Shown: positions 33,033-43,929, numbered from the stretch's first letter. The stretch: DNA of 53,360 bases from an uncultured Nitrososphaeraceae archaeon (GCA_963729045.1 CAVSMN010000002.1:1-53360); one strand, 5' to 3'. Translations and numbers: made by a program. The notes: a model not told the origin generated them from the sequence alone.

Positions 33033-33629
33033 TTGTCGAAATTGAAATCAACCCAGGATCTTAAGGATGATCATATTACTATAAGAAGAATTAAAGAAGT
33101 TGCTTTAAAATGTTCAAATAGGTTATATAAAAACCAACCTGTTCCTATAGAAGATATAGAAATTATTTCGGTCGTAATAGAGGAGTTTGTTGATCATTTT
33201 CACCACGGAAAAGAAGAAAAAGCATACTTTCCCGAGACTAAAGAAAAAGGCGAATTTTCAAAAGACATTCGGAAATTTCTGATTGAGCATGAGTTTGGAA
33301 GAAGAATAGCCATTATGCTCAGGAGGGCAGTGAACAACTGGAAATCGAAAATTAAAGAGGCTAATCAGAATGAAGAGCAAACAAAAGCGCTACTAGAACC
33401 TATTGCAAGATTCTTGAAAGCGTATGCCATTTTTATTGAGGACCATACCAAAAAGGAAGACAAATTTTTTGATAGCATTGAAGAAGGTAAAATTATTTCA
33501 AAGAGCGATGATGAATTATTACTAATCCATTATAAATCATGTATGAATCAAGCAGGTGGGAAAATAAGAATAGAACAAATGGTTAAATTAATAAATTATC
33601 TTGAGAGTACTGATTGGATGGCAGATTGA
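33033..33629 (+). CDS. Hemerythrin-like (HHE) domain protein
   Basis: LKDDH, DHFHHGKEE..YFP, LIEHEFGR and DHTKKED..F. Confidence 0.92.
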   Translation: MSKLKSTQDLKDDHITIRRIKEVALKCSNRLYKNQPVPIEDIEIISVVIEEFVDHFHHGKEEKAYFPETKEKGEFSKDIRKFLIEHEFGRRIAIMLRRAVNNWKSKIKEANQNEEQTKALLEPIARFLKAYAIFIEDHTKKEDKFFDSIEEGKIISKSDDELLLIHYKSCMNQAGGKIRIEQMVKLINYLESTDWMAD

Positions 33630-33868
33630 TTCAGCCCGTTCGAGGAACATATTAGAGTTGAATCTAAAATCCATATCCTCTCCCGTGTAAGCATCAGTAG
33701 GATCTTTCAGTTGGTTTTTCAATTGCATTGAGGTAAATTTCAGTCTTTTTAATGCGGTTTGTTGCTGTTCCTTTAATCTGATTACCACATAAGAAGGAGT
33801 CCAACTGAGTATCTCTTCAAAAGGTGGGGTAAAGAAATTAGTTTTACCCAAAATCAATAATAGGATTA

Positions 33869-35344
33869 TCAGCTAAAGCTGAAATCGATTCCTACAGATC
33901 TCATTGTATCTTCTACATCATTTAATATTCCACCCACACCAGAGCCAGAATCATCTGAACCGTCATTGTTGTTGTTGTCAAAATTAAATCCTAAGTCAGA
34001 ATCATCTGAATCGTCATTGTTGTTGTTGTCAAAATTAAATCCTACAGTCATTGAAGTCATCTGATATCGTCGTCATTGCTACTGTGTACTGCTAATGCTT
34101 GAGTCATCATCGTCGTCATTGCTACTGGTAATGCTACTGCTTGAGTCATCATCGTCGTCATTGCTACTGGTACTGCTACTGCTTGAGTCATCATCGTCGT
34201 CATTGCTACTGGTACTGCTACTGCTTGAGTCATCATCGTCGTCATTGCTACTGGTACTGCTACTGCTTGAGTCATCATCGTCGTCATTGCTACTGGTACT
34301 GCTACTGCTTGAGTCATCATCGTCGTCATTGCTACTGGTACTGCTACTGCTTGAGTCATCATCGTCGTCATTGCTACTGGTACTGCTACTGCTTGAGTCA
34401 TCATCGTCGTCATTGCTACTGGTACTGCTACTGCTTGAGTCATCATCGTCGTCATTGCTACTGGTACTGCTACTGCTTGAGTCATCATCGTCGTCATTGC
34501 TACTGGTACTGCTACTGCTTGAGTCATCATCGTCGTCATTGCTACTGGTACTGCTACTGCTTGAGTCATCATCGTCGTCATTGCTACTGGTACTGCTACT
34601 GCTTGAGTCATCATCGTCGTCATTGCTACTGGTACTGCTAGTTGAGCCTCCAATTCCTGATCCTGGAGAACTGCTTGCAGTAGTCTTACAACATATTGGA
34701 CCATTTCCTGTATCTTGATTGAATTGTTGAATTTGTGCAAAAGGTTGTAATCCACCTGATGCTGCCTGACTCATATTACCACTATTTGTCGTTGAATTTG
34801 AAGACTCTAACATCATGTTATAGCTAGATAACTGTGCTTGTGTAAAGTTAGTAGCTGTAATATTTACAGAGTAATATGCTTGTAATGTTTGTGGACCATT
34901 TAAACAAAGAATTTTAGATGTTATTTTGTTGTTTCCTTCATTGATGTTTGTATAATTGCTTGCTACTGTGTATTGCCAGTTAGAATAATCATTGTCTCCT
35001 TGAACACCTGTAGGATTAACATTCTGATAGGGTTTTACATTATTTATTATAACAGAAACGTCACAATCTGATGTTACATTATCCTTTGAAACTCCTTTGA
35101 TTACTAGTGAATTGTTTGAATTTAATGGGACTAGATCTCCTTTGTCTGGAGAAATTATCTTTACACCGCCTGAAAGCTTTGTAATATTTGATACTGTGTC
35201 AGAAACAGTGGGAACAGAAGAGTTTGTTGTACTTGCCGAAGTATTTTGCTGTGCTAATACTTGGATGTTTGCATTATAGTTGATGTTTGATAATAATAAT
35301 ACTATCAATAGTCCTGCAAAAATAATACCAAGCCTTTTTACCAT
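33869..35344 (-). CDS. Secreted protein with Ig-like domain and long Ser/Asp tandem-repeat tail (indels at 34045-34086)
   Basis: Signal peptide; VKIISP..G..V...IKGVSKDN...CDVSVI.N...YSNW...INEGNNKITSKILC domain; repeats; tail GILNDVEDTMRSVGIDFSFS*. Confidence 0.85.
33946..34044 (-). repeat. 51-bp tandem repeat, about 2 copies (GFNFDNNNNDDSDDSDL)
   Basis: Units start at 33946 and 33997. Confidence 0.9.
34099..34640 (-). repeat. 42-bp tandem repeat, 13 near-perfect copies (SSSSSTSSNDDDDD), plus a degenerate copy at 34067-34098
   Basis: ttgagtcatcatcgtcgtcattgctactggtactgctactgc recurs every 42 nt from 34099 to 34603. Confidence 0.97.
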
Positions 35345-35865
35345 AATTGATTTTGTAATTTATATGTATATTAAAGTTTGATTAGATTTTTCTATATGAT
35401 AAAACCAGTTATATGTTCCTGCCAGACTTGATTGATATCCGATACACCCTCCAACTGGAAATGAGTTTTGGATTTATGTGGACACCTAGAAATACCAAAT
35501 ATGTAAAACCTGAAGATTCTTTTAGATTAATTCTGTTATGTTCCCCCATATTGAATTATTCCTTTGAATCATCTTAGAAGCTGAATGCTAAAGCCAAATT
35601 ACCCATTTTGAATAGTTGAAGAAATAGCTTTTCGACTATGTGGATTTCTCTAGAAATTTTTGACTTCAATCGCACTAAGTTTGGATTTGATTTCCGCTGA
35701 ATTAAAAAATTAACATATAACCAAATTTATTTTTGAATATATTGGCTGATATTCTCTTATCCAAATCATTGTGTTTATAGAATGTTGAGTCTCAGTGTTT
35801 TATATAGAACGGAAGAAATAGAGCACCAATCAAGGGAATTGGAAATAAAATACGAGTGGGCCCAA

Positions 35866-36388
35866 TTATCGCTCTTCAGTATTCATTTGTAATAAGTTTA
35901 TTATGTGTCCTCTGATTTCACCACTAGGATATTGCCCTGCAGGGATATTTGGACAGGAATTGTCTTCCTCAAATACTTCGATAAAATCTGAGAATTGCAT
36001 GTCTATGCGTGGACCTGTAAGATTATTAGTTGTAAGAGACCCACCCTCAGATACTTGGTGTTGAGAAGTGTCGTCTTTAAATAGGGTAACTATAACTGAT
36101 CTGTTTTCCCCTTCGATACCATAATAAATGTTCCCTGCTGTAACTCCCTCTATTCTGATGGCATTAACAGTGCATTAAACACTGTTTTCAGAAGGCGTGA
36201 AATCAGCAATTTCTACTACTGGGGTATCCACTGGTGGAGATATTTCGTCTGAGAAAACCGTACTATACGGAGTATCACTTTCATGTGCATTTGGGATGGC
36301 AAATAACTTTGATGATAAATAACTGAATGAACTTATTCTAAAATCATGGATATACCAACCAAAAGCCCAGCACGGATCATTTTTTCAT
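35866..36388 (-). pseudogene. CHRD-domain secreted protein pseudogene (absent from the ORF track)
   Basis: Minus-strand reading ISPPVDT...ADFTPSENSV*CTVN..IEGVTAGNIYYG.EGEN..VIVTLF...LTGP...YPSGEIRGHI. Has an in-frame stop and lacks the conserved His residues. Confidence 0.8.
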
Positions 36389-36536
36389 AAAATCGAATTA
36401 CAAATTCGCGATATTTAAGTAATGTATTAAGAAATAAGCATACGTTTTCCTCTACCAATTCAACTAATCTTAATTATGATCACAACAACATTATTCTAAT
36501 AAAACAATTAGATTAAATAATTCCATAAATATATTT

Positions 36537-37001
36537 ATGAAAATGACTGACGAAAATAGGGAGTTTATCTTTAACAATATTACCCGATGGTTGAGAGACT
36601 CTAATTTTGTGATCAGCGAGGAAAAGATTACAGTTGTTACTTCAGAATTTTATGCCAAAGCTCATCTACAGTCAGATCATGAACATATTCTTGAAATACT
36701 TTCCTCCTCTGGCATTGAAGCACGTTTCGTGCTGCGGACCAGATTACAAGTATCCGAACAACAATTAGTGGTTATTGAGAAACTCGGGCCGAAGGAAAAA
36801 CTAACATTCAATGATAAAATGAATACTGTGATAATTCCCCAACACCAATCGATCATCTTTAGAGATAAATCAGCCGCATTGGAGAAAATAATCTCGATTG
36901 ATCCAAAATCAATTGATTCTAAACAAGAAGTCATTCAGAATGTTTCAAACTTGTTAGAATCAGCAAAAAAATTAGATATTATTTTTAATGAATTTTTTTA
37001 A
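36537..37001 (+). CDS. Hypothetical protein, DUF2299/YbjN-like paralog
   Basis: RWLRDSNFVISEE...SEFYAK...LEILS...FVLR...LEKIISID..SIDSKQ aligns with 29086-29571. Confidence 0.7.
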   Translation: MKMTDENREFIFNNITRWLRDSNFVISEEKITVVTSEFYAKAHLQSDHEHILEILSSSGIEARFVLRTRLQVSEQQLVVIEKLGPKEKLTFNDKMNTVIIPQHQSIIFRDKSAALEKIISIDPKSIDSKQEVIQNVSNLLESAKKLDIIFNEFF

Positions 37002-37224
37002 ACAATAGGAGATAAAAAATAACTAACCAGAAGTTGGCATGATTTATGTATAGAATACCTTATTTACCGCTCGAATATCTTGCGATTTTTGACTAGACTA
37101 AGTCAATTCATGTTACCTTGATTATCGGTTACTATTTCTCATCTTAAATAAAACAGATAGAAAATTGGTACTTCGACTGACTTTTTTTAGTATTCTTACA
37201 TTCTTTAACCGAGCTGAGGATGGT

Positions 37225-37530
37225 CTAATAATCCAAGAGATCTAAAGGGTCATCCATTACATCAGTTTTTGGATCTAATAGATATTCTTCGCCTAAATTA
37301 CACTTCAAGTCCGTGCAGAGCATAGGATCGGATTCATCCTCAGTTGTAGTTGAGGAAGAGGTAGAGGTTGCGGTATTAGAGTGACTATTATACTGTTCAT
37401 GACATGAAATATTTGGATCATCTAATTCGCTACAAATTGCATATGCTGCTCCATTATTGTTGAGCGTCATAAATAATGTAGACACACTCAAAATTGAAAA
37501 TATAACAACTATTCTTAATAATGTTCTCAT
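37225..37530 (-). CDS. Small secreted acidic protein with four Cys
   Basis: Signal peptide ending AYA, Ser/Thr linker and two Cys pairs. Confidence 0.7.
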   Translation of the reverse strand: MRTLLRIVVIFSILSVSTLFMTLNNNGAAYAICSELDDPNISCHEQYNSHSNTATSTSSSTTTEDESDPMLCTDLKCNLGEEYLLDPKTDVMDDPLDLLDY

Positions 37531-38282
37531 ATTGAAGTATATTATTGCAAATAATATTAGAATTTTTCATCTATATACTGCAAGAATTTTTGGTATTTTT
37601 CTACTGTTATTCTTAAGAAAACTTCTCTATTAGTGTATTTTTCATAGCACTTTACGTAATTCTATTGTATTCCAGAGTAATTGGAAAATATCCCTCTGCC
37701 TCCTTAATTTGATTTCTTAAAGATTGGAGCATTTCGGATGGATTAGACATTTACTTATACATTCTATCCAACAAAGGTAATTTCAATTCGAGAGGATCGA
37801 TGAAAAATATAATGTGATTCCTGTTGACAGGTTTTTCTCTATCCATCTTGCCACTTTTAATCCTTGTCTATCACTTCTTATAGATCCGATGATTATAGCG
37901 ATCTTTGTCATTAAGACTGTTATATTTGATTACATAAATGCATAAATCTATCGTGAAAATGGTTATTAAAGTCTTCAGCCGACAAAAATGACTTCAGATA
38001 TTGTTGATTTCCTAATCGATTTTATATTATATCCACTCTGATTTGAGTTCGTTTAAAAGATTCAAAGTTAAAAAAATTCAAAAGAAAAAGAAGGATGGAT
38101 AACATTCTATGCTGAATTTAAATATGTCCATAAATTGTGTAATAGTAAAATATATTTGGCATTCCTTATTTCCCAACCAGGAGGCTTTCGGTGACCTTAT
38201 ATTTCATACAGATGTAATCTTTTTAATCCGGCAATGTTTTAAGTCTTATAATTATAAATAGTTTTAATTGGATAATAAGGTA

Positions 38283-38546
38283 ATGAGCTTAAGATGTCCT
38301 AATTGCGAATCGGAAATGAGGTTAAGCAACAAATATGGGGTTGAGATTGATCACTGCCCACGATGTCGTGGAGTTTGGCTTGATAGAGGAGAGTTGGAAA
38401 AAGTTGCCAATATGCAGAATCAATATGAAGACGACCATTATCAAAAATATCACCATGGTAAAGATCATGATGTTGACGATGATTATTACCATAGAAGAAA
38501 ACACAAGAAGAAAGGCTTTTTCGGTGACATGTTTGATTTTGACTAA
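38283..38546 (+). CDS. zf-TFIIB zinc-ribbon protein with His/Asp-rich tail
   Basis: CPNC...GVEIDHCPRCRGVWLDRGELEK; tail KKKGFFGDMFDFD. Confidence 0.92.
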   Translation: MSLRCPNCESEMRLSNKYGVEIDHCPRCRGVWLDRGELEKVANMQNQYEDDHYQKYHHGKDHDVDDDYYHRRKHKKKGFFGDMFDFD

Positions 38547-39637
38547 ATAGTAGCCGGCTATTTGGTCCTGTAAATGAGTAATATGATTCTTTATTTTTTC
38601 ATCTGTTGATCTGATCGTTGCTCATACTATATCTTAATTAGCTAATCATTCTAGTGGTCTAACAAATCTTAATTGCTAATTCCAAGTCTATTTATCAATT
38701 TTTAAGTATTTGTCAACTCGCGTTTCACTTCATTCGGATTACCCCAAAATAATTGTGGAGACATGGTCTTCTTTAATTGGCCCAAAGTGTATATAAGTAA
38801 AGTATCCTTTTTAAAAGGAAGAATAAACAAAAACTTAATCTTTGTCGTAGCCAAAGAATCTTGTGCATGAACATATGTAGCAGTGGTGATCATTTGATTG
38901 TTTTGAAATGTATTTATGAGAAATCCTCAGGTGACCACAGTCTCTGCAAATATGATATTTACGAGAATCCATCGTGCAATAGTATTATCATTTTGGGATA
39001 TAAGAATTATTTCATAATATTAATTGTTTATTGGTATCAGATCGAGGTGGATCTGATTGAATTCATACTTTCATGATGTGCATCAAGTCCTCTACTAGAG
39101 ACCAGTAGTAAAAGCGGGAAGTTGGAGTGGATCAAACCAAGTTTCCTTTTCGAATCAACATTGAGACTGGAAAAATGTTTGATTTTTTATGAACCAAATA
39201 AGTCTTGGGCCAGATAATTCATAAGAAAATTACCAAGACAATCGTCTAATATTATATAAATCCTAGGGTTAGGAAGGTGGAACTCAGGATGTTTTCCAAT
39301 TGCATCTCCGAATCTATATTAGATTTTGATATTAACCATCCTCACGATTCATCTCATCGCCTCCATTTCTAAAAGAGGGAACTCGATATGGTATTAAGCC
39401 GGTGGTTTTTATATGTAGTTACATTTTTAGTCTTATCCGAATCAGAGGGCTATTTTGGTTATCATTAATTTATCGTTGGATTTACCCACCCCTGCCATTT
39501 ACATCAAAACCAATATAAAGAATATCAAACATCATCATGTATCCCCGCATCTTAAAAGGAAACAATCAAAATTTTAAATCATGACAATTTTAAGTGTTCA
39601 TATTATAATTAAATACTTTGTTATACACTCTATTTTG

Positions 39638-39733
39638 ATGTCAGAAGAAAATAAAAAGAAATTCGACTGTAGGTGCGGCGCCGCTTTTGATACCGTTGAA
39701 GAATTAGATAAACATAATCACGAGGCGCATTAG
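39638..39733 (+). CDS. 31-aa C2H2 zinc-finger microprotein (below the ORF-track cutoff)
   Basis: MSEENKKKFDCRCGAAFDTVEELDKHNHEAH*; TATA-like TAATTAAATA about 25-30 nt upstream; GCGGTT/AACCGC hairpin downstream. Confidence 0.72.
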   Translation: MSEENKKKFDCRCGAAFDTVEELDKHNHEAH

Positions 39734-40223
39734 ACCAGCCTTAATACAGGGCAATAGACGCGGTTTGTAATTCAACCGCCAATTTGAAATCATTTTTCTT
39801 ATCAAGCTTTGATCCTGTTCAAATGATAATTACCTTGCTACACACTGAACTTGCCAAGCCTTCAAATCCCCACTACGTTTAATCAATTGTCTAATTAATT
39901 CACACTGGCAGTCCCTGAGTGGGCATTTAATCTTCAGTCCAAATTACAAATATGCAATCTAAATTTTTAGTAGTCACCAAACATCTACTATTGACATAAT
40001 TGTAGGGTATCATTTTTGATATTGTTTCTTCCACCTATGGTACGTTAAATGATAATCAAAAAGAGGGACAACTAGAACATCAGAAGGAGTCAAACCTTTA
40101 GGCATATTTTTGTTCTAGAATATAGTTAATAGTTAAGCTGATAAATTCCACAAGAAAATATGGCTAAATCAGAACCGTCAATATTGTATCCTAATTCGTT
40201 TCATATTGGTAAGGTTTTTTCAC

Positions 40224-40517
40224 TCATCCTAATTTTCCTACAATTAGAAAGGAATATATCCTAAAGTCCGAAACAATTATTTGGATTTTGTGATCTAATC
40301 CATATAATCGAGGCATTTCGCTAATGATTATGATTGACATTTGATAAAATGTATATGCCCTCGCTATTATGATTTGATCTGAAACCGTATCTCTAGCAAA
40401 CTCATTTCTTAAAGACAGTTTATTCAAATTAGGAGATGTTGTTCTCAACTTGTAACCGTTACCTATATCTATTGAGTTAGCCTTACTTTTTTTCCCAGTA
40501 ATTATTATCATTACCAA
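40224..40517 (-). pseudogene. Fragment of an inactivated RadA/RecA-like protein (type usually linked to PolB2)
   Basis: IDIGNG...FARD...DQIIIARAYTFYQM..III.EMP...IQIIVSD resembles the RadA-fold ARAFTxxQ motif and Walker B strand; truncated. Confidence 0.55.
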
Positions 40518-40601
40518 ATTTAGGAATCATATAATGCAAAAGGGTCCAAAAACACGTTGATCTATGGTCTAGTGGCAACATATGATTGACTTTGAATCAT
40601 A

Positions 40602-40970
40602 CTAATAAAAATAGTGGGCCCTTTCGTGTAGATACTTCCCTTCTTCAGTATTGAAAAATGCCCCACAAAAATCGCAAAAATAAATACCCAATTGTCCTAA
40701 ATCACCAGATTTTAACAAAGTGAATGTGTTTTCTTTTTGAGAGTCTTGTGCTACCACATAATCAACAATAGAATTCCTTTTCAATGATAAGTGCAAAGCA
40801 TCTTCAAAATCAGTTATGGAGCCTGAAAATTCAAACTCGACATATTGTGAAAGTGCTTCTGAGTTAATTTCATGAGATTTAATGGGACGGTGTGGGATCA
40901 GGTTGATAGCATTAAAGATTTCATTGAGATGCTGTCCAGACACAAAAGACAAATCCAAGTAAAATCTCAT
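40602..40970 (-). CDS. Protein with C-terminal C2H2 zinc finger; paralog of 28047-28478
   Basis: KRNSIVDYVV...GIYFCDFCGAFF...YLHERAHYFY. Confidence 0.8.
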   Translation of the reverse strand: MRFYLDLSFVSGQHLNEIFNAINLIPHRPIKSHEINSEALSQYVEFEFSGSITDFEDALHLSLKRNSIVDYVVAQDSQKENTFTLLKSGDLGQLGIYFCDFCGAFFNTEEGKYLHERAHYFY

Positions 40971-41486
40971 TAACTAAATTAGATTACACAAAGCCGGTCT
41001 AATAAGTAAAGCATTCTAGGTGATGAAGGTCTAGTAAAAATGTTGGAAGAAGGATTTAATTCATTGTCGAGGATTAATTATTATAGATACTATCACGTTT
41101 CCAATAATAATTATATCGAACCGCTCAGATTTATAACAAGACGGTTCCTACTAGAAAATTCGCTAAATGAGAAATATCAACAACAATTATCTCTCATGAA
41201 CAAAATCATGAGATGGATTTGAAAGTCGTTATCGGAATGAAATAACTTGCATCATCATCCTAACAATGGATTTGTAATTTACCAAAGTTGAAATTTCTTG
41301 TGCCCCATGGATCTTAAAAAAACATTTAATGTAAGAATACAAAAAGATAATTGTAAACATTTGTTGAGCATATCCAAGTTGAGTGATTGAGTATGTTCAA
41401 GCTGGCCTGCGATTAAATACAAGTTAAGAAAAAGTTGAATTTTTGTATTCAATTAAATATTTCCACTTTGCTTAATAGTTAAGAAA

Positions 41487-42455
41487 TTGGTAGGGACATT
41501 TTTGTCACATATTATCGCAGAACTGTCTCTAAAAAGAGTTGGTGTTAAGCGATCGAAAATAGGATGGTTTTGGCTTATTGAAATTCTCCTATCCATAATA
41601 ATAATAAAATACATTGAAAATATTATAGATGCGGTTATACATTTGGCGACTGGGACTTGGTCACCTGGCCAGGCATTTGAAGGGGTTACTGGGATGCTTG
41701 CGATTGCTAGCGCAGTTATAGTAGGATTGATTCTATTTCTTTTATACTCTGGCAAGATCAAAGTTGAAGATAGGCATACCGATCTAAAGTTTTTTGAGAT
41801 TATAGATATACAGGAGTTAGAAAAGGAATCATTACATAACGGTCTTAGAAAAGAAATAATAATAATTTGTGGACCTTCAACTAAGTTCGTTATCACAATT
41901 ATGGAATGTATTTTGAGATCAAAAGAGATGAATTCCATAGAGAAACTAAGTATACTGGGACAAGACTTTGAAGACTTATCCCATTTCGAGGGTTTAGAGA
42001 AACCAAAGGATAAAGTAACCAAAGAAATTTTGACGCCACTTTCAAAGAAATTGAAAGAAGAATTTAATGGATTTGATCCTTTTTCGAATCAGTGCTCCAA
42101 GTTATTCTCATATGTGAATGAAACTTTCAGACAAGAGTATTCAGATATTATCGAATTCCGGATGACAAGTCAACCTATTTACAAGTCGGTGGTTTTTATC
42201 ATCTCTTCTGATCCCAATACACTGAACAGAAATACAGAATTATACATCGAGCCTTTTGTTTTGACGGCGATGGACCACCAACATATAGCTTACAGATTTA
42301 GATCCCCCCCAAAATCAAAAAAAAATAGTGAGATGATACGATATGATCTTTTTGAAGTAGAGTATTCAAATTTTCTTAAATGTTGGGAATCGGCCACTAC
42401 TAGCGGAAATTACACGACATTAAGAGATCGAAAAGATGGAAGATCATTCAATTAA
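41487..42455 (+). CDS. Hypothetical protein with N-terminal TM helices and a soluble alpha/beta domain (5' end possibly truncated)
   Basis: 322-aa ORF with 2-3 hydrophobic helices, then a domain ending FLKCWESA. Confidence 0.7.
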   Translation: MVGTFLSHIIAELSLKRVGVKRSKIGWFWLIEILLSIIIIKYIENIIDAVIHLATGTWSPGQAFEGVTGMLAIASAVIVGLILFLLYSGKIKVEDRHTDLKFFEIIDIQELEKESLHNGLRKEIIIICGPSTKFVITIMECILRSKEMNSIEKLSILGQDFEDLSHFEGLEKPKDKVTKEILTPLSKKLKEEFNGFDPFSNQCSKLFSYVNETFRQEYSDIIEFRMTSQPIYKSVVFIISSDPNTLNRNTELYIEPFVLTAMDHQHIAYRFRSPPKSKKNSEMIRYDLFEVEYSNFLKCWESATTSGNYTTLRDRKDGRSFN

Positions 42456-42504
42456 AATTAATACTGATGATGGAATCAATTAAGACTTTTTCATTGAAGA
42501 CTAA

Positions 42505-43250
42505 ATGAGTTTTAGTACGAAAGCGTTTGCTGTATTATGCATGGGATATATGGACCTAATGAGTAAAGTGGACAACATAAAACTACTTGGTGGGGTGATT
42601 AAACATTTGGCTACTAATCGTGGTAAATTGGATACAGTCTTTGATCTTGAAGACGGTTTCCGGGATACGATTTGGATGAAGAAACTGTATCGAAAGATTA
42701 CGAGAACATCCTAAATCCGCAAGAATGTTCGAAGAATGATACATGGGACCAAAATATGAACTGGATGAGATGCTTAAATTACGATAGGGTTCGTTAGGCT
42801 ACACATATGCATTTTTGATAAAGACGATGAGTTTTAAACCTCATTTTTATGACTCAAGAGACAAAAAATTTTTGGATAATGATACTGATTATGAAACAAT
42901 TAGGGTTAGAAAAACGTATGATATGTATCACACAATTAGTGGGTTTGATATGCACATTGGAGAAATTGGAGTAATAGCATTATATGTGACTCAATATTCT
43001 TATCCTGATTTCATGTTAATTGACTTGGTTGCAGTAGGAGCAGCCTGTTTTACGGGGTTAGCAAGTATTCCTAATTCTGAATAATTCATTCCTCTCCAAT
43101 TTTTGGAACTTTGTATAAAGGGATCAAGATTGCACAGGAATGTAAGCCTCTTTTTGCTGCAAATTTTGAAGAAATGCTTGAAAGGCCACTTGATGATGTT
43201 AGGAAGGAGTTGAATATCACTCTTATCAAAGAGGCTCAAAGTTGGTATCA
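42505..43250 (+). pseudogene. Coq4-family protein pseudogene
   Basis: RVRKTYDMYHTISGF...GEIGVIAL is a degenerate HDxxH...GE motif; split across several short frames. Confidence 0.6.
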
Positions 43251-43377
43251 ATATACAATCATAAAGGAAGATGGAATTTATTAGGATTTTTGGTACTACC
43301 GCATAATTTTTGGATGTTGGCCAACATTGATCTAAGCCTTTATTTGTTTTTCTATCACAAATTAGAATGTAATCCGT

Positions 43378-43929
43378 ATGAACAGGGAAGAGATGGCTCT
43401 AAACATAATTTCCAAAGCTATAATGCATGTACAAAGTAATCCTCAAGTTGTAAGAGAAAATGGATGCGCGGCCTGCCATGTTTTGTTTGTATTGGCTGAA
43501 AAAATGAATGTAAGCGAGCAAGACGCTTCAGATTTGCTTTCAGATGTTTTAGCCAAATTTCCAGAACTAGACAATGAATTTATTGTAATGGTAGAAAACA
43601 TTCACATGAAAAAAAGAATGATGGGAAATGTATTCGCGATTAAAACCAGAGAAGCTAAGGACAAATATATATATTCTAATTTTAAGAACACTATCGCTGA
43701 ATTACATTCTGATGTAATAAATTATGGTCCAGATGTTACCCTCCGAAAATTATTGATGTCAGTGATATCATTAGAAATAGCAAAGAATATAGGAGTTGAC
43801 TATCATGCATCAACAGAAGAACTCCATCACTATATGAGAAGAAATCATCAAGAAACAAACGAAGAACTGTTGATATTTATTAATCAACTTTATCAAAGAA
43901 TAAATAACAAGAAATTCAACTACGATTAA
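43378..43929 (+). CDS. Helical cytoplasmic hypothetical protein with a CxxCH motif
   Basis: Intact 183-aa ORF with GCAACH at residues 29-34; no signal peptide. Confidence 0.8.
   Translation: MNREEMALNIISKAIMHVQSNPQVVRENGCAACHVLFVLAEKMNVSEQDASDLLSDVLAKFPELDNEFIVMVENIHMKKRMMGNVFAIKTREAKDKYIYSNFKNTIAELHSDVINYGPDVTLRKLLMSVISLEIAKNIGVDYHASTEELHHYMRRNHQETNEELLIFINQLYQRINNKKFNYD

Noticed and set aside
34099..34640. 42-bp array as a CRISPR
   Set aside because: The units are head-to-tail with no unique spacers, the period is a multiple of 3 inside a coding frame, and there are no cas genes.
34057..34755. Alternative-frame ORFs (HHRRHCYWYCYC, LLESSSS and AVAVPVAMTTMM repeats)
   Set aside because: These are stop-free shadows of the repeat; only the Ser/Asp frame connects to a signal peptide and a folded domain.
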